Position numbers and translations under genes: made by a program
DNA from: Alphaproteobacteria bacterium
Lineage (GTDB): Bacteria; Pseudomonadota; Alphaproteobacteria; Rs-D84
Assembly (NCBI GenBank): GCA_017535105.1
Contig: JAFXUI010000001.1
Span: 174,612-238,611, forward strand
Direction of reading: 5' to 3'
DNA length: 64,000 bases
Notes under the pieces: generated by a model
Database searches by the model: none
Told to the model about the DNA's origin: nothing
What the model saw: the letters and a program-made list of their open reading frames with translations, nothing else
Shown: positions 28,236 to 36,520 of the stretch, piece after piece
How positions within the stretch are numbered: position 1 is the stretch's first letter
How the letters are laid out: every line of letters starts with the position of its first letter

Positions 28236-28742
28236 TTACTCCATTCCATGTGACGTTGATATTTGTGCTGCCAATTGACTAAAGCGGTCTTCGGTTGCAT
28301 TGCCACCGTCACCACTGTTACCCATGTTGGCGGGAATGTAAATCTTTTTCGCTGGGTTTGGTAACCAAACCGATTCATTGCCAGCCTGTTCAATAATAAA
28401 GCGGTCCATATTGTGTGAATGCGGAAAGGTCATACACATAAACAGATTATCAATTTCCAACTTGCCACCCCAGACAAGTGGCACACGAAAACGCACCGAC
28501 AGATTTTCGGGCATACGCCGACCCATGACCAAGTCGATAAAATCTTGTTGGGGCAGGCCCATAAAAGCAATTTCTTGGATTGAATCGGTAAGTGTTGTTG
28601 TAAATTGGCGCACTAATTCATGATACTTTTGAAACCAATCGGGTGCAACGGGGTGTGGTTTTGGGTATATCTGTTCCAGGGGCAAATCGTCCATTCGTAA
28701 TTCGGCAATTCTTTTTTCTGCGGCGTCCTGGCTTAACTGCAT
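28236..28742 (-). CDS. hypothetical protein with HNH-like (beta-beta-alpha-Me) motif lacking the first His
   Basis: 168 aa. RFRVPLVWGGKLEIDNLFMCMTFPHSHN resembles HH..P...GG.....NL..LC..CH...H, but the general-base His position is Phe. Confidence 0.35.
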   Translation of the reverse strand: MQLSQDAAEKRIAELRMDDLPLEQIYPKPHPVAPDWFQKYHELVRQFTTTLTDSIQEIAFMGLPQQDFIDLVMGRRMPENLSVRFRVPLVWGGKLEIDNLFMCMTFPHSHNMDRFIIEQAGNESVWLPNPAKKIYIPANMGNSGDGGNATEDRFSQLAAQISTSHGME

Positions 28743-29662
28743 CAGATTTTTCCTATGTAATCAATAACCGTTCCGATATATGCGGAATAGGCGTCAAAGT
28801 TTTCAGCGTCGTCATCAGATAATGTATTTGGGTGTGCCATTATGTATGTGCGCAATTCATCAACCGTTGCAAATTGTAATATTGATGGTTCGCTGTTTTC
28901 CGATGCGTCAGGCGCACCAATGATAAACGCGTTTATGTTTATTTCGATGTCTTCCAATGTGTCCATAAACACACCGCGCATTGTGTCGATTGCCACTTTC
29001 ATATCGGACGTTTTTACGCCGGTTGCACCAAGCCATAAAACCTCATCAGCACCAATGGCGATAACGGACGATTGCATATTTTTAATGCGGGGCGAACCCT
29101 TGTACACAAAGCCGGCCGATGTAAAGATTTCATGTATATCGGCATATTCTGTTTCCGGATCAATTTTTGCCTTTGGTGTGGTGGACGACAATGGTACATG
29201 TGGCGTGGGGGCACGTGTTATCGTAGCCGTTGGAATATTTAAACGCGGTGGACGGACAAGCCCGCTTTGTGTTGGGGCGGTTGCCTGGGGTGCGGGGACC
29301 ACGGGTTCGGCTTGTGCTATGGGTTGTTCCGCAACAGGTGCGGGTTGAACCATCGGTTGGACAACAGGTTGAATTGGCGTATCTGGTTTTTTCGTGTCCA
29401 TAACAGGCATAGTTATTCTGCGACGACGTGGCTGTAATAATGTGTAAAGTCCTAATACGCCAATAATCAACACGACAACAATGGATACATAGAAAGATGT
29501 GGCAACAGGACGGTTGGACGCCTGCATATACGCAAGATATTGCCAATGCTGGGCAACAAAAATGTTAAAGCCATAGCGTATGTTAAACCAAAAACTTGCC
29601 GCCAGGGTCACAAGAAGCAACCACAGCAGCCCAACTAAAATGTTGTTCATTCTGTTTTTCAT
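28742..29662 (-). CDS. membrane protein: 2 TM helices, P/Q/A/V-rich linker, C-terminal globular domain
   Basis: 306 aa. TM1 ILVGLLWLLLVTLAASFWF, TM2 FYVSIVVVLIIGVLGLYTLL, linker PIQPVVQPMVQPAPVAEQPIAQAEPVVPAPQATAP, then about 130 aa of C-terminal domain. First gene of a 4-gene minus-strand operon. Confidence 0.6.
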   Translation of the reverse strand: MKNRMNNILVGLLWLLLVTLAASFWFNIRYGFNIFVAQHWQYLAYMQASNRPVATSFYVSIVVVLIIGVLGLYTLLQPRRRRITMPVMDTKKPDTPIQPVVQPMVQPAPVAEQPIAQAEPVVPAPQATAPTQSGLVRPPRLNIPTATITRAPTPHVPLSSTTPKAKIDPETEYADIHEIFTSAGFVYKGSPRIKNMQSSVIAIGADEVLWLGATGVKTSDMKVAIDTMRGVFMDTLEDIEININAFIIGAPDASENSEPSILQFATVDELRTYIMAHPNTLSDDDAENFDAYSAYIGTVIDYIGKI

Positions 29663-29705
29663 TTCGCTTTTATTGTATCATATTTATGATAAAGTAAAAA
29701 GAAGA

Positions 29706-30386
29706 ATGATTGAAGATAAGACAATTTTTAACGAGATTAAAGATAACATCAGTTTGATGTGTCGTGATGACTGTGTCGGCGCCGATTTGGCGTCTGTGGT
29801 CGGAATGGCCATTGAATACAAAATGAAATCTGTATGTGTTGCACCAAAGAGTGTGGGTGCGGTTTGGCCGTGGCTTGAAAATTCGCATGTTAAAATAATT
29901 TCGCGTTTTTTTATAGACGGTGCAATAAACGATGATTATATGTCTGATTTATCTGAACGAATAAGTGCATCTTTTCGTGACGGCGCCGATGGCGCAATCG
30001 TTTATATGAAAAAACGCGATTTACAAAAGTTTGTTAATGAAATCGCTGGTGTGCGTGAAAGTTTATTCTTTAACAAATCGTTCGGGGTCGCACTTTGTGT
30101 TGATGATATAGATGTGTTCGATTGGGAAAATGTATTCGATATGTTATCAACAATACGGATTGATTCTCTGACATTAGTTTTGGAAAATGATATGGGTGAT
30201 AAATCTGATTTTGTTGGTCGTATTTTTTCGATGTTAAATGCATCGCGTGGTGATTGGTCGGGTGTGGTGAATTTTGCGTTGGGTCAAAATGTTTTACGTA
30301 TTGACCAGGTGTTTCGTTTGATTCAACAAATCAAACCAGATACTATTTCTGAAACTGAATTTTTTATAGATAATGATAATGTATAA
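29706..30386 (+). CDS. hypothetical protein (weak DeoC/aldolase-like pattern, catalytic Lys not evident)
   Basis: Track ORF 29580..30386 trimmed to ATG 29706 (MIEDKTIF...) because the 5' extension overlaps the divergent gene. KSVCVAPKSVGAVWPWLENSHVKIISRF resembles the DeoC N-terminal strands. Low certainty. Confidence 0.4.
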   Translation: MIEDKTIFNEIKDNISLMCRDDCVGADLASVVGMAIEYKMKSVCVAPKSVGAVWPWLENSHVKIISRFFIDGAINDDYMSDLSERISASFRDGADGAIVYMKKRDLQKFVNEIAGVRESLFFNKSFGVALCVDDIDVFDWENVFDMLSTIRIDSLTLVLENDMGDKSDFVGRIFSMLNASRGDWSGVVNFALGQNVLRIDQVFRLIQQIKPDTISETEFFIDNDNV

Positions 30387-30425
30387 AATGATGTATGCGG
30401 CGGAAACGTGCGCATAGCACGTTTT

Positions 30426-31061
30426 TTATTTTTCAATAACTATGTATTTTGGGGCAACTGTTCCAGCCTTGTTTTTTTCTTGGTAACGCGTATGTATAGT
30501 TTTTATATCTGGTGTTGAATATTTCAGTTTTGTTGTTTTGATTTGTTCGCATATCCAATCGAAATATTCCCAGTGGTCCGTACCAATAATAATTTGACCC
30601 GTGGGCGATAAATGCCCAGCCAATGTTGTTATAAATTCGGCGGAAAGCAGGCGGCGTTTTTCGTGCCGTGCCTTTGGCCATGGGTCTGGGTGCAAAACCC
30701 AAATCTGTGAAAAAAGCGAATCGGTTTCGCGCAGGTAATCACGAACATCGTCCGGCCAGATATAAATGTTTTTATATTCGGGTAAAATTTCATTTGTCTT
30801 TTCATCGCACATTGCAGAGAGCAGGGCGGCAACACCATTTGCAAATGGTTCGGCACCGACAATGACCGATTCGGTGTGGGTAACGGCCAAATCACGCACG
30901 TGTTCGCCGTTTCCAAACCCGATTTCCAAAATTAAATTACCGGCCTTTTTGATGTTTTTTGGCGAAATGGCCGGCAAAACATTGTCCATCAGCCACACTT
31001 TTCGTGCGGACAGTTTTTTGCCGTGACGCCGGCCAAAAGTTCGTATTTCTTGATTTTGCAT
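30426..31061 (-). CDS. trmB: tRNA (guanine46-N7)-methyltransferase TrmB
   Basis: Trimmed to MQNQEIRTFGRRHGKKL (211 aa). SAM motif LEIGFGNGEH and VLHPDPWPKARHEKRRL. The longer track ORF (to 31424) overlaps gltX. Confidence 0.85.
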   Translation of the reverse strand: MQNQEIRTFGRRHGKKLSARKVWLMDNVLPAISPKNIKKAGNLILEIGFGNGEHVRDLAVTHTESVIVGAEPFANGVAALLSAMCDEKTNEILPEYKNIYIWPDDVRDYLRETDSLFSQIWVLHPDPWPKARHEKRRLLSAEFITTLAGHLSPTGQIIIGTDHWEYFDWICEQIKTTKLKYSTPDIKTIHTRYQEKNKAGTVAPKYIVIEK

Positions 31062-31101
31062 ATATTTAGTATAAAATTGGAATAATCGAAAAACAAGGTA
31101 T

Positions 31102-32688
31102 TTGAATATGAGACAGGGTTTAGACAAAGATTTAATTGCACGTGTATTGGACGCGGCGCCGAAATATACTATTGCGGAACTGGAAGCAATGTTTCCACCA
31201 CGTGATTTACCAGACGGTGCGTTCGTGACCCGTTTTGCACCAAGTCCCACGGGCTTTATGCATTTGGGTGGTCTGTATGGTGCATTGATTGATTGTAAAT
31301 TAGCACAACAATCGGACGGGGTATTTATGTTGCGTATCGAAGATACCGATACTAAACGCGAAGTTGCCGATGCGGTTAAAGTGATTGTTGATTCTATGAA
31401 TCGTTTTGGATTGAAATATAACAACGATGAAAAATATGGCCCATATTACCAATCACAACGTAAAGATATTTATCATTCAGTGGTTGCAGATTTATTGGCA
31501 CGTGGTTTGGCATATCCTTGTTTTTTAACTGCGGACGATATGGAAAAAATCCGTTCAGAACAATCGGCGGCGGGTTTTGCAACCGGTATTTATGGCGAAT
31601 TTGCGCGCGATCGTGATTTGACCGCTGATGAAATTATTGCGCATTTGGATAATGGCGAGGTTCCATCAATTCGTCTGTATTCAAACGGAAATCCAAACCA
31701 ACGTATTTTCTGTAAAGATGCTGTGCGTGGTTCGATTGGTTTTCCAGAAAATAATGAAGATATTGTTTTGATTAAATCGAGTGATGGGTTGCCAACATAT
31801 CACTTTGCGCATTTGTGTGACGACCACTTTATGCGTACAACACATGTTATTCGTGGTGAAGAATGGTTGCCGTCATTGCCGTTACATACACAACTGTTTC
31901 GTATGATGGAATGGACACCACCGATGTATATTCATACATCAACAATCGACAAGATTGACGAAGAAACAGGCAAACAAAGAAAGTTGTCAAAGCGTAAAGA
32001 CCCAGAGGCAAATGTTGCGTTCTTTTTACAGGACGGTTGGCCAACAATGGCGGTGTTGGAATACCTGGGCAATATCGCGGCATCGGGATACGAAGAAGCA
32101 AAATTAAAGGGTGCTGTAAAGTCCATTTGGGAATACCAAATTAAACCAAAGAAAATTCCAATGTCGGGGGCTCTGTTCGATATGAAAAAATTAGAGTGGT
32201 GGGCCAAGGAATATATCGGCGCAATGTCGGTTGCGGATTTGGTCGCGTCTGTCACAAATTGGGCAAATGAATATGGCACCGATGATAACAAGATGCAGGT
32301 AGCGGACGCAAAGTATCTGGCCGGCGTGTTGGGTATTGAACGGGATAATCCGAAACGCGTGCGTAAAGATTTTGTCACATGGAAACAGACGTTGGAAAAT
32401 GTTGCGTTTTTCTGGGATAAACTTTTTGTGCCGGCAACCGATTACGAATATAACCGCGATGTGTTGAAAGAATTTTTGGAAACATATAATCCAGCGGACG
32501 ATAAAGACACATGGTGGAATAAGATTGTCGCGATTGCGGAAAAGACGGGTGTTAAAAATGGCGACGTTGCGATGAACCTGCGCGTGGCGTTGGCGGGTCG
32601 CACAAACACACCAGACCTGTATTCCATTATGATGGTCATGGGGGGTGACATGGTGAAAGAAAGAATAGGGAGAGTGTTAAATGGTTAA
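31102..32688 (+). CDS. gltX: glutamyl-tRNA synthetase
   Basis: 528 aa (TTG 31102, alternative ATG 31108). RFAPSPTGFMHLGG (HIGH) and KLSKRK (KMSKS). Confidence 0.9.
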   Translation: MNMRQGLDKDLIARVLDAAPKYTIAELEAMFPPRDLPDGAFVTRFAPSPTGFMHLGGLYGALIDCKLAQQSDGVFMLRIEDTDTKREVADAVKVIVDSMNRFGLKYNNDEKYGPYYQSQRKDIYHSVVADLLARGLAYPCFLTADDMEKIRSEQSAAGFATGIYGEFARDRDLTADEIIAHLDNGEVPSIRLYSNGNPNQRIFCKDAVRGSIGFPENNEDIVLIKSSDGLPTYHFAHLCDDHFMRTTHVIRGEEWLPSLPLHTQLFRMMEWTPPMYIHTSTIDKIDEETGKQRKLSKRKDPEANVAFFLQDGWPTMAVLEYLGNIAASGYEEAKLKGAVKSIWEYQIKPKKIPMSGALFDMKKLEWWAKEYIGAMSVADLVASVTNWANEYGTDDNKMQVADAKYLAGVLGIERDNPKRVRKDFVTWKQTLENVAFFWDKLFVPATDYEYNRDVLKEFLETYNPADDKDTWWNKIVAIAEKTGVKNGDVAMNLRVALAGRTNTPDLYSIMMVMGGDMVKERIGRVLNG

Positions 32689-33442
32689 ATCAAAATCTGT
32701 GGTGCGTAAAAGATTACGCGAAGTTAAATGCGATTCGCATGCGTGTAAAGTATTAAAGGCGTTGCGGGCGACCGGACTTTTTCGTTGGGAACGTAAATCA
32801 ACACGTGGCGAAGAAGCATTAAACGTATTAACACATGGTATCGGAATAGGGTTAGCGATTGCCGGATTGGTGTTGTTGGTTGTCTATGCCGCGATTGCGG
32901 GGGACGCATGGGCGGTTGTGTCGTGCGCGATTTTTGGTGCGACAATGATTGCGTTATATTTGGGTTCAACAATGTGCCATGCGTTGATTGGTAAAAAGGG
33001 CGAATGTTTCTTTGAAGTTTGGGATAACATCGCCATCTATGCGTTGATTGCCGGCACATACACACCGTTTATGTTGGTGAATTGTCGTGGGGTAGTGGGG
33101 TGGAGTGTGTTTGGTTTTTTATGGGCGATAACGATGCTTGGGGCGATTATTAAAATTCGCAATCCGCATCAACAGCCCAAGGGTACAGTTGCATTATATT
33201 TGGCAATGGGTTGGACTTTGTTGTTCATATTACCCGATATGATACGTCATATTTCCCCACGTGGTTTGTGGTTTATTTTGGCGGGCGGTTTGTCATATTC
33301 CGTTGGGGTCATATTCTATGTATGGCGGCGATTAAAATTCAGCCATATGATTTGGCACCTTTTTGTTATTGCGGGCAGTGTGTGTTTCTTTTTCGCAGTT
33401 CTGTATGGCTCTATCATCGATTACCCAATGATTGCGGGTTAA
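32681..33442 (+). CDS. hemolysin III family (PAQR/YqfA) membrane protein
   Basis: 253 aa. EEALNVLTHGIGIGLAIAG, STMCHAL, WDNIAIYALIAGTYTPF and seven TM helices. The start may be further downstream. Confidence 0.8.
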   Translation: MVKSKSVVRKRLREVKCDSHACKVLKALRATGLFRWERKSTRGEEALNVLTHGIGIGLAIAGLVLLVVYAAIAGDAWAVVSCAIFGATMIALYLGSTMCHALIGKKGECFFEVWDNIAIYALIAGTYTPFMLVNCRGVVGWSVFGFLWAITMLGAIIKIRNPHQQPKGTVALYLAMGWTLLFILPDMIRHISPRGLWFILAGGLSYSVGVIFYVWRRLKFSHMIWHLFVIAGSVCFFFAVLYGSIIDYPMIAG

Positions 33443-33446
33443 AGTT

Positions 33447-33472
33447 AAAACCGCCAAAACGGCGGTTTTTTC
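33447..33472 (+). terminator. intrinsic terminator after hlyIII-family gene
   Basis: AAAACCGCC-AAAAC-GGCGGTTTTTT. Confidence 0.75.
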
Positions 33473-33510
33473 TTTACTTTTTACCAAAAAGTGAATATAA
33501 TTAAGGCACT

Positions 33511-33567
33511 ATGTTTATGAATTTGTTCTTTTTCACAACAACTACAACAACCCCTGCGGGGGTGTAA
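33511..33567 (+). promoter_or_regulatory. candidate Thr-rich leader peptide (uORF, 18 codons) upstream of thrS
   Basis: ATG TTT ATG AAT TTG TTC TTT TTC ACA ACA ACT ACA ACA ACC CCT GCG GGG GTG TAA encodes MFMNLFFFTTTTTTPAGV. Six consecutive Thr codons lie 88 nt upstream of the threonyl-tRNA synthetase start. A TTTACT-17-TATAAT promoter (33473-33501) sits just upstream. Confidence 0.35.
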
Positions 33568-33574
33568 TTTCTAA

Positions 33575-33602
33575 TTGCGCTTTTTTATGCGCGCGCTATA
33601 AT
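33575..33602 (+). promoter_or_regulatory. sigma70-type promoter proximal to thrS
   Basis: TTGCGC (33575-33580), 16 nt, TATAAT (33597-33602), about 50 nt upstream of the thrS ATG. Confidence 0.4.
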
Positions 33603-33654
33603 CAAAAAACAATAAATTAAACAAAACAATATATAACTAAAGAAGGTACTTATT

Positions 33655-35388
33655 ATGTCTTATCCAATAGAAACGGTTCGGCATTCGTTGGCGCACGTTA
33701 TGGCGGCGGCGGTGCAAAAGTTATTTCCAGATGTTAAGTTTGCTGGGGGCCCGGCAATTGAAAACGGGTTTTATTATGACTTTGATACCGAACACAGATT
33801 TAGCGAAGAAGATTTTGCGAAAATAGAAAAAGAAATGCGCGAACTGATTAAATCAAATGGTCGTTTTGAACAGCGGTTTGTAAGCCTGGACGAAGCCAAA
33901 GGTTTGTTCAAGTTCCAACCATATAAAATGGAATGGTTAAATGAATATGATGCCGCGGGCGAACAATTGTCTGTTTATACGTTCCGCGATTTTACCGATT
34001 TGTGCCGTGGTCCGCACGTGGAAAGTTCCAAAGATTTACCACGTGATTCTTTCAAGATTCGTACCGTTGCCGGTGCATACTGGAAGGGTGATGCGAAAAA
34101 CAAAATGTTGCAACGTATTTATGTTGATGCATTTTTAACCAAGGAAGAGTTGGACCAATTCTTGAAGATGCAGGAAGAGGCCGCAGCGCGCGATAATCGT
34201 AAACTGGGTAAAGATATGGACTTGTTCCATTTCGAACCAGAATATGCGCCGGGCGCGGTGTTTTGGCACAACAACGGATATCGCATTTATCGTAAATTGA
34301 TTGAATATCTGCGTGCGCGCCAAGAACGTGCGGGATATTTGGAAATATCAACCCCGTCCATTATGGATCGTTGCTTGTGGGAACGCAGTGGTCACTGGGC
34401 GAAATATGGCGCACATAACTATTCGGGAAAAACGCAAGACGGTAAAACGTTCTGTGTAAAGCCGATGTCTTGCCCGGGTGGTATGTTGGTCTTTGGCCAG
34501 GGTATTAAATCATATAAAGAATTGCCACTGTATTTGGCCGAGTTTGGCAAGGTTTGCCGTTACGAAGCTGCCGGTGGTTTGTCGGGTTTGATGCGTGTAC
34601 GTGAATTTACCCAAGACGATGCGCATATATTCTGTACCGAAGAACAATTGGAAACGGAAGTTGTCAAAATTTTGAAGTTTATTAAAGATATTTATGGCAA
34701 GTTCGGTTTCGATAAAATTTCAATGAAATTGGCAACGCGTCCAAATTCTGAATTCCGTATTGGTACCGATGAAGTTTGGGATAAAGCAGAGGGTGCGTTA
34801 AAGCATGCGCTGGACGCGAACGGAATTGAATACGAAATTGCCGAAGGTGATGCCGCGTTCTATGGTCCGAAAATTGATAACTATTTGAAAGATTCAATGG
34901 GACGTGTATGGCAATGTGGTACGGTCCAGTTGGATATGAATTTGCCAGAACGCTTTGATTTGTCCTATGTCGGTGAAGATGGTGAAAAGCATCGTCCAAT
35001 TATGTTGCACCGCGCTTTGTTGGGTTCAATCGAACGCTTTATGGGCGTATTGCTTGAATCGACGGGTGGTAATTTACCATTGTGGTTGTCGCCAGAGCCA
35101 GTTGTCGTGACCCCGATTTCAGAAAAGCAGGGCGACTATGCAAACGAAGTGGTTGCGGCGTTGTGTGCGGCGGGTGTTTATACGCGTGCCGATCTGCGTG
35201 ATGAAAAAGTGAATTACAAGATTCGCGAATTGTCATTGGCCAAGACGCCAATTATCGCCGTTGTTGGTGATAAAGAAATGGCGGACAAGACGGTGACGTT
35301 GCGCCGTTTTGGTTCGGAAAAACAAGAAACGGTTGCACTGGCCGACTTTGTCGCACAAATGGCAGACGCAATTAAGATGCCGTTGTAA
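33655..35388 (+). CDS. thrS: threonyl-tRNA synthetase (no N-terminal TGS domain)
   Basis: 577 aa. Starts directly in the editing domain (ETVRHSLAHVMAAAVQKLFPDVKFAGGPAIENGFYYDFD). Class II core and anticodon-binding domain are present. GAAGG SD. Confidence 0.95.
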   Translation: MSYPIETVRHSLAHVMAAAVQKLFPDVKFAGGPAIENGFYYDFDTEHRFSEEDFAKIEKEMRELIKSNGRFEQRFVSLDEAKGLFKFQPYKMEWLNEYDAAGEQLSVYTFRDFTDLCRGPHVESSKDLPRDSFKIRTVAGAYWKGDAKNKMLQRIYVDAFLTKEELDQFLKMQEEAAARDNRKLGKDMDLFHFEPEYAPGAVFWHNNGYRIYRKLIEYLRARQERAGYLEISTPSIMDRCLWERSGHWAKYGAHNYSGKTQDGKTFCVKPMSCPGGMLVFGQGIKSYKELPLYLAEFGKVCRYEAAGGLSGLMRVREFTQDDAHIFCTEEQLETEVVKILKFIKDIYGKFGFDKISMKLATRPNSEFRIGTDEVWDKAEGALKHALDANGIEYEIAEGDAAFYGPKIDNYLKDSMGRVWQCGTVQLDMNLPERFDLSYVGEDGEKHRPIMLHRALLGSIERFMGVLLESTGGNLPLWLSPEPVVVTPISEKQGDYANEVVAALCAAGVYTRADLRDEKVNYKIRELSLAKTPIIAVVGDKEMADKTVTLRRFGSEKQETVALADFVAQMADAIKMPL

Positions 35389-35438
35389 TAAATATGGGGC
35401 GTATGTTTTGCGCCCCAATGTATAAAAAAGGGAAGGTT

Positions 35439-35582
35439 ATGAAGAAGTTTGTATCACTTGTTTTATTGGGTGTTGTCGCGGTGACGGTTATGGGCTGTGC
35501 ACATAAGTGCGAAACCGAACCGATTGTTGAACAAAATCATAAACTGATTGTGCCGCCACACTTTGGGCAAATGCCACAATAA
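35439..35582 (+). CDS. small lipoprotein (47 aa)
   Basis: Track ORF trimmed to MKKFVSLVLLGVVAVTVMGCAHK..., a signal peptide with lipobox VMG-C. GGGAAGG SD upstream. Confidence 0.55.
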   Translation: MKKFVSLVLLGVVAVTVMGCAHKCETEPIVEQNHKLIVPPHFGQMPQ

Positions 35583-35606
35583 TTTCTAAAAATATTCGAT
35601 TACATT

Positions 35607-35634
35607 TTGTAAATGGCTTTTTTTGTGATATAAT
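35607..35634 (+). promoter_or_regulatory. extended -10 promoter upstream of SPOR-protein/tatA operon
   Basis: TTGTAA (35607-35612), 16 nt, TGa-TATAAT (35626-35634). Confidence 0.5.
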
Positions 35635-35663
35635 AGTGGCATCAAACAATGGGGGGATGCCAC

Positions 35664-36506
35664 ATGGATAATAACGAAGAAAACAATTTGGATTTATTAG
35701 ATCTGGACGATGATACGCCAGTTGAAGCGTTACCAGAAACAACGCCGTTTGCCGCGCCACGCCCGCGTAAGCCATGGATGCTTATGGGACTTGCGGTGGT
35801 CGTAATTGTATTGGCGACATATATTATTGTTCGTACGGTTGGCGACGATTCTGCGAATATCAAAGAAATCAACCTGGATACCCCAGAAGTTATAGTCGGT
35901 GGTGATTCGGTAGAAGTTGATACGTTAAAGGTTCCTGCAAAACCAGTGCCGGTGGTACCAGCACCACAGCCACGTCCGATGCCGCAACCAATGCCGGCAC
36001 CACAGCCGATGGCACAGCCACAACCCGCGCCACAGCCAGTGGTTCAGCCAAGACAGATGCCACAACCACAGCCGGTTGTTGAAAACAATGGCGTACCGGT
36101 TCGTGTTGTTGCAGATCGTCGTGATGTGACGTTTAATCCAGATAAACCAGCCCCAGCACCAAAGCCGGTGGCGGAACAGCCAAAACCAGCGGCGCAACCA
36201 GCGGCAAAACCGGCACCGAAACCGGTGGCAAAGCCAGCAGCAAAACCAGTGGTATCGAAACCGGCGGGTTCATGGTATGTTCAGTTTGGTTCATACGGCA
36301 CACGTGCGGCCGCAGAAACCGCAGAACGTCAGATGCGTGCGGGACACAAGAGTTTGTTTGATGGCAAACAATTCGTGATTCTTGCGGCACAAATAAACGG
36401 CAAAACAACATACAGACTGCGTGTTGCGTTTGCTACATCGAATGATGCAAATGGCTTCTGCCAGAACGCAAAGTCCGATGGCTTAGATTGCTATGTCGCG
36501 AAATAA
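35664..36506 (+). CDS. SPOR domain-containing membrane protein
   Basis: Start moved to ATG 35664 (MDNNEENN..., GGGGGA SD); the track start is 35649. TM helix PWMLMGLAVVVIVLATYIIV, Pro-rich repeats, C-terminal SPOR domain (WYVQFGSYGTRAAAETAERQM...YRLRVAFATSNDANGFCQNAKSDGLDCYV). Confidence 0.85.
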   Translation: MDNNEENNLDLLDLDDDTPVEALPETTPFAAPRPRKPWMLMGLAVVVIVLATYIIVRTVGDDSANIKEINLDTPEVIVGGDSVEVDTLKVPAKPVPVVPAPQPRPMPQPMPAPQPMAQPQPAPQPVVQPRQMPQPQPVVENNGVPVRVVADRRDVTFNPDKPAPAPKPVAEQPKPAAQPAAKPAPKPVAKPAAKPVVSKPAGSWYVQFGSYGTRAAAETAERQMRAGHKSLFDGKQFVILAAQINGKTTYRLRVAFATSNDANGFCQNAKSDGLDCYVAK

Positions 36507-36520
36507 TATAGGGGGATAAA

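Noticed and set aside
31062-31424. 5' extension of the trmB ORF (track 30426..31424)
   Set aside because: The extension overlaps the gltX coding sequence on the other strand and has no TrmB homology. The conserved TrmB N-terminus starts at the ATG at 31061.
33551-33592. Classical terminator/antiterminator attenuator downstream of the Thr uORF
   Set aside because: Only 4-bp GC stems (CCCC/GGGG and GCGC/GCGC) are visible, with no convincing alternative pairing or U-tract. I report the uORF but do not claim a classical attenuator.
35935-36260. CCA/CAG/CCG-rich repeats (and similar repeats at 29150-29400 and 47850-48420)
   Set aside because: These are coding Pro/Gln/Lys/Ala-rich periplasmic or cytoplasmic linkers of the SPOR protein, the 306-aa membrane protein and the NlpD-like protein. 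They are ordinary low-complexity tethers.
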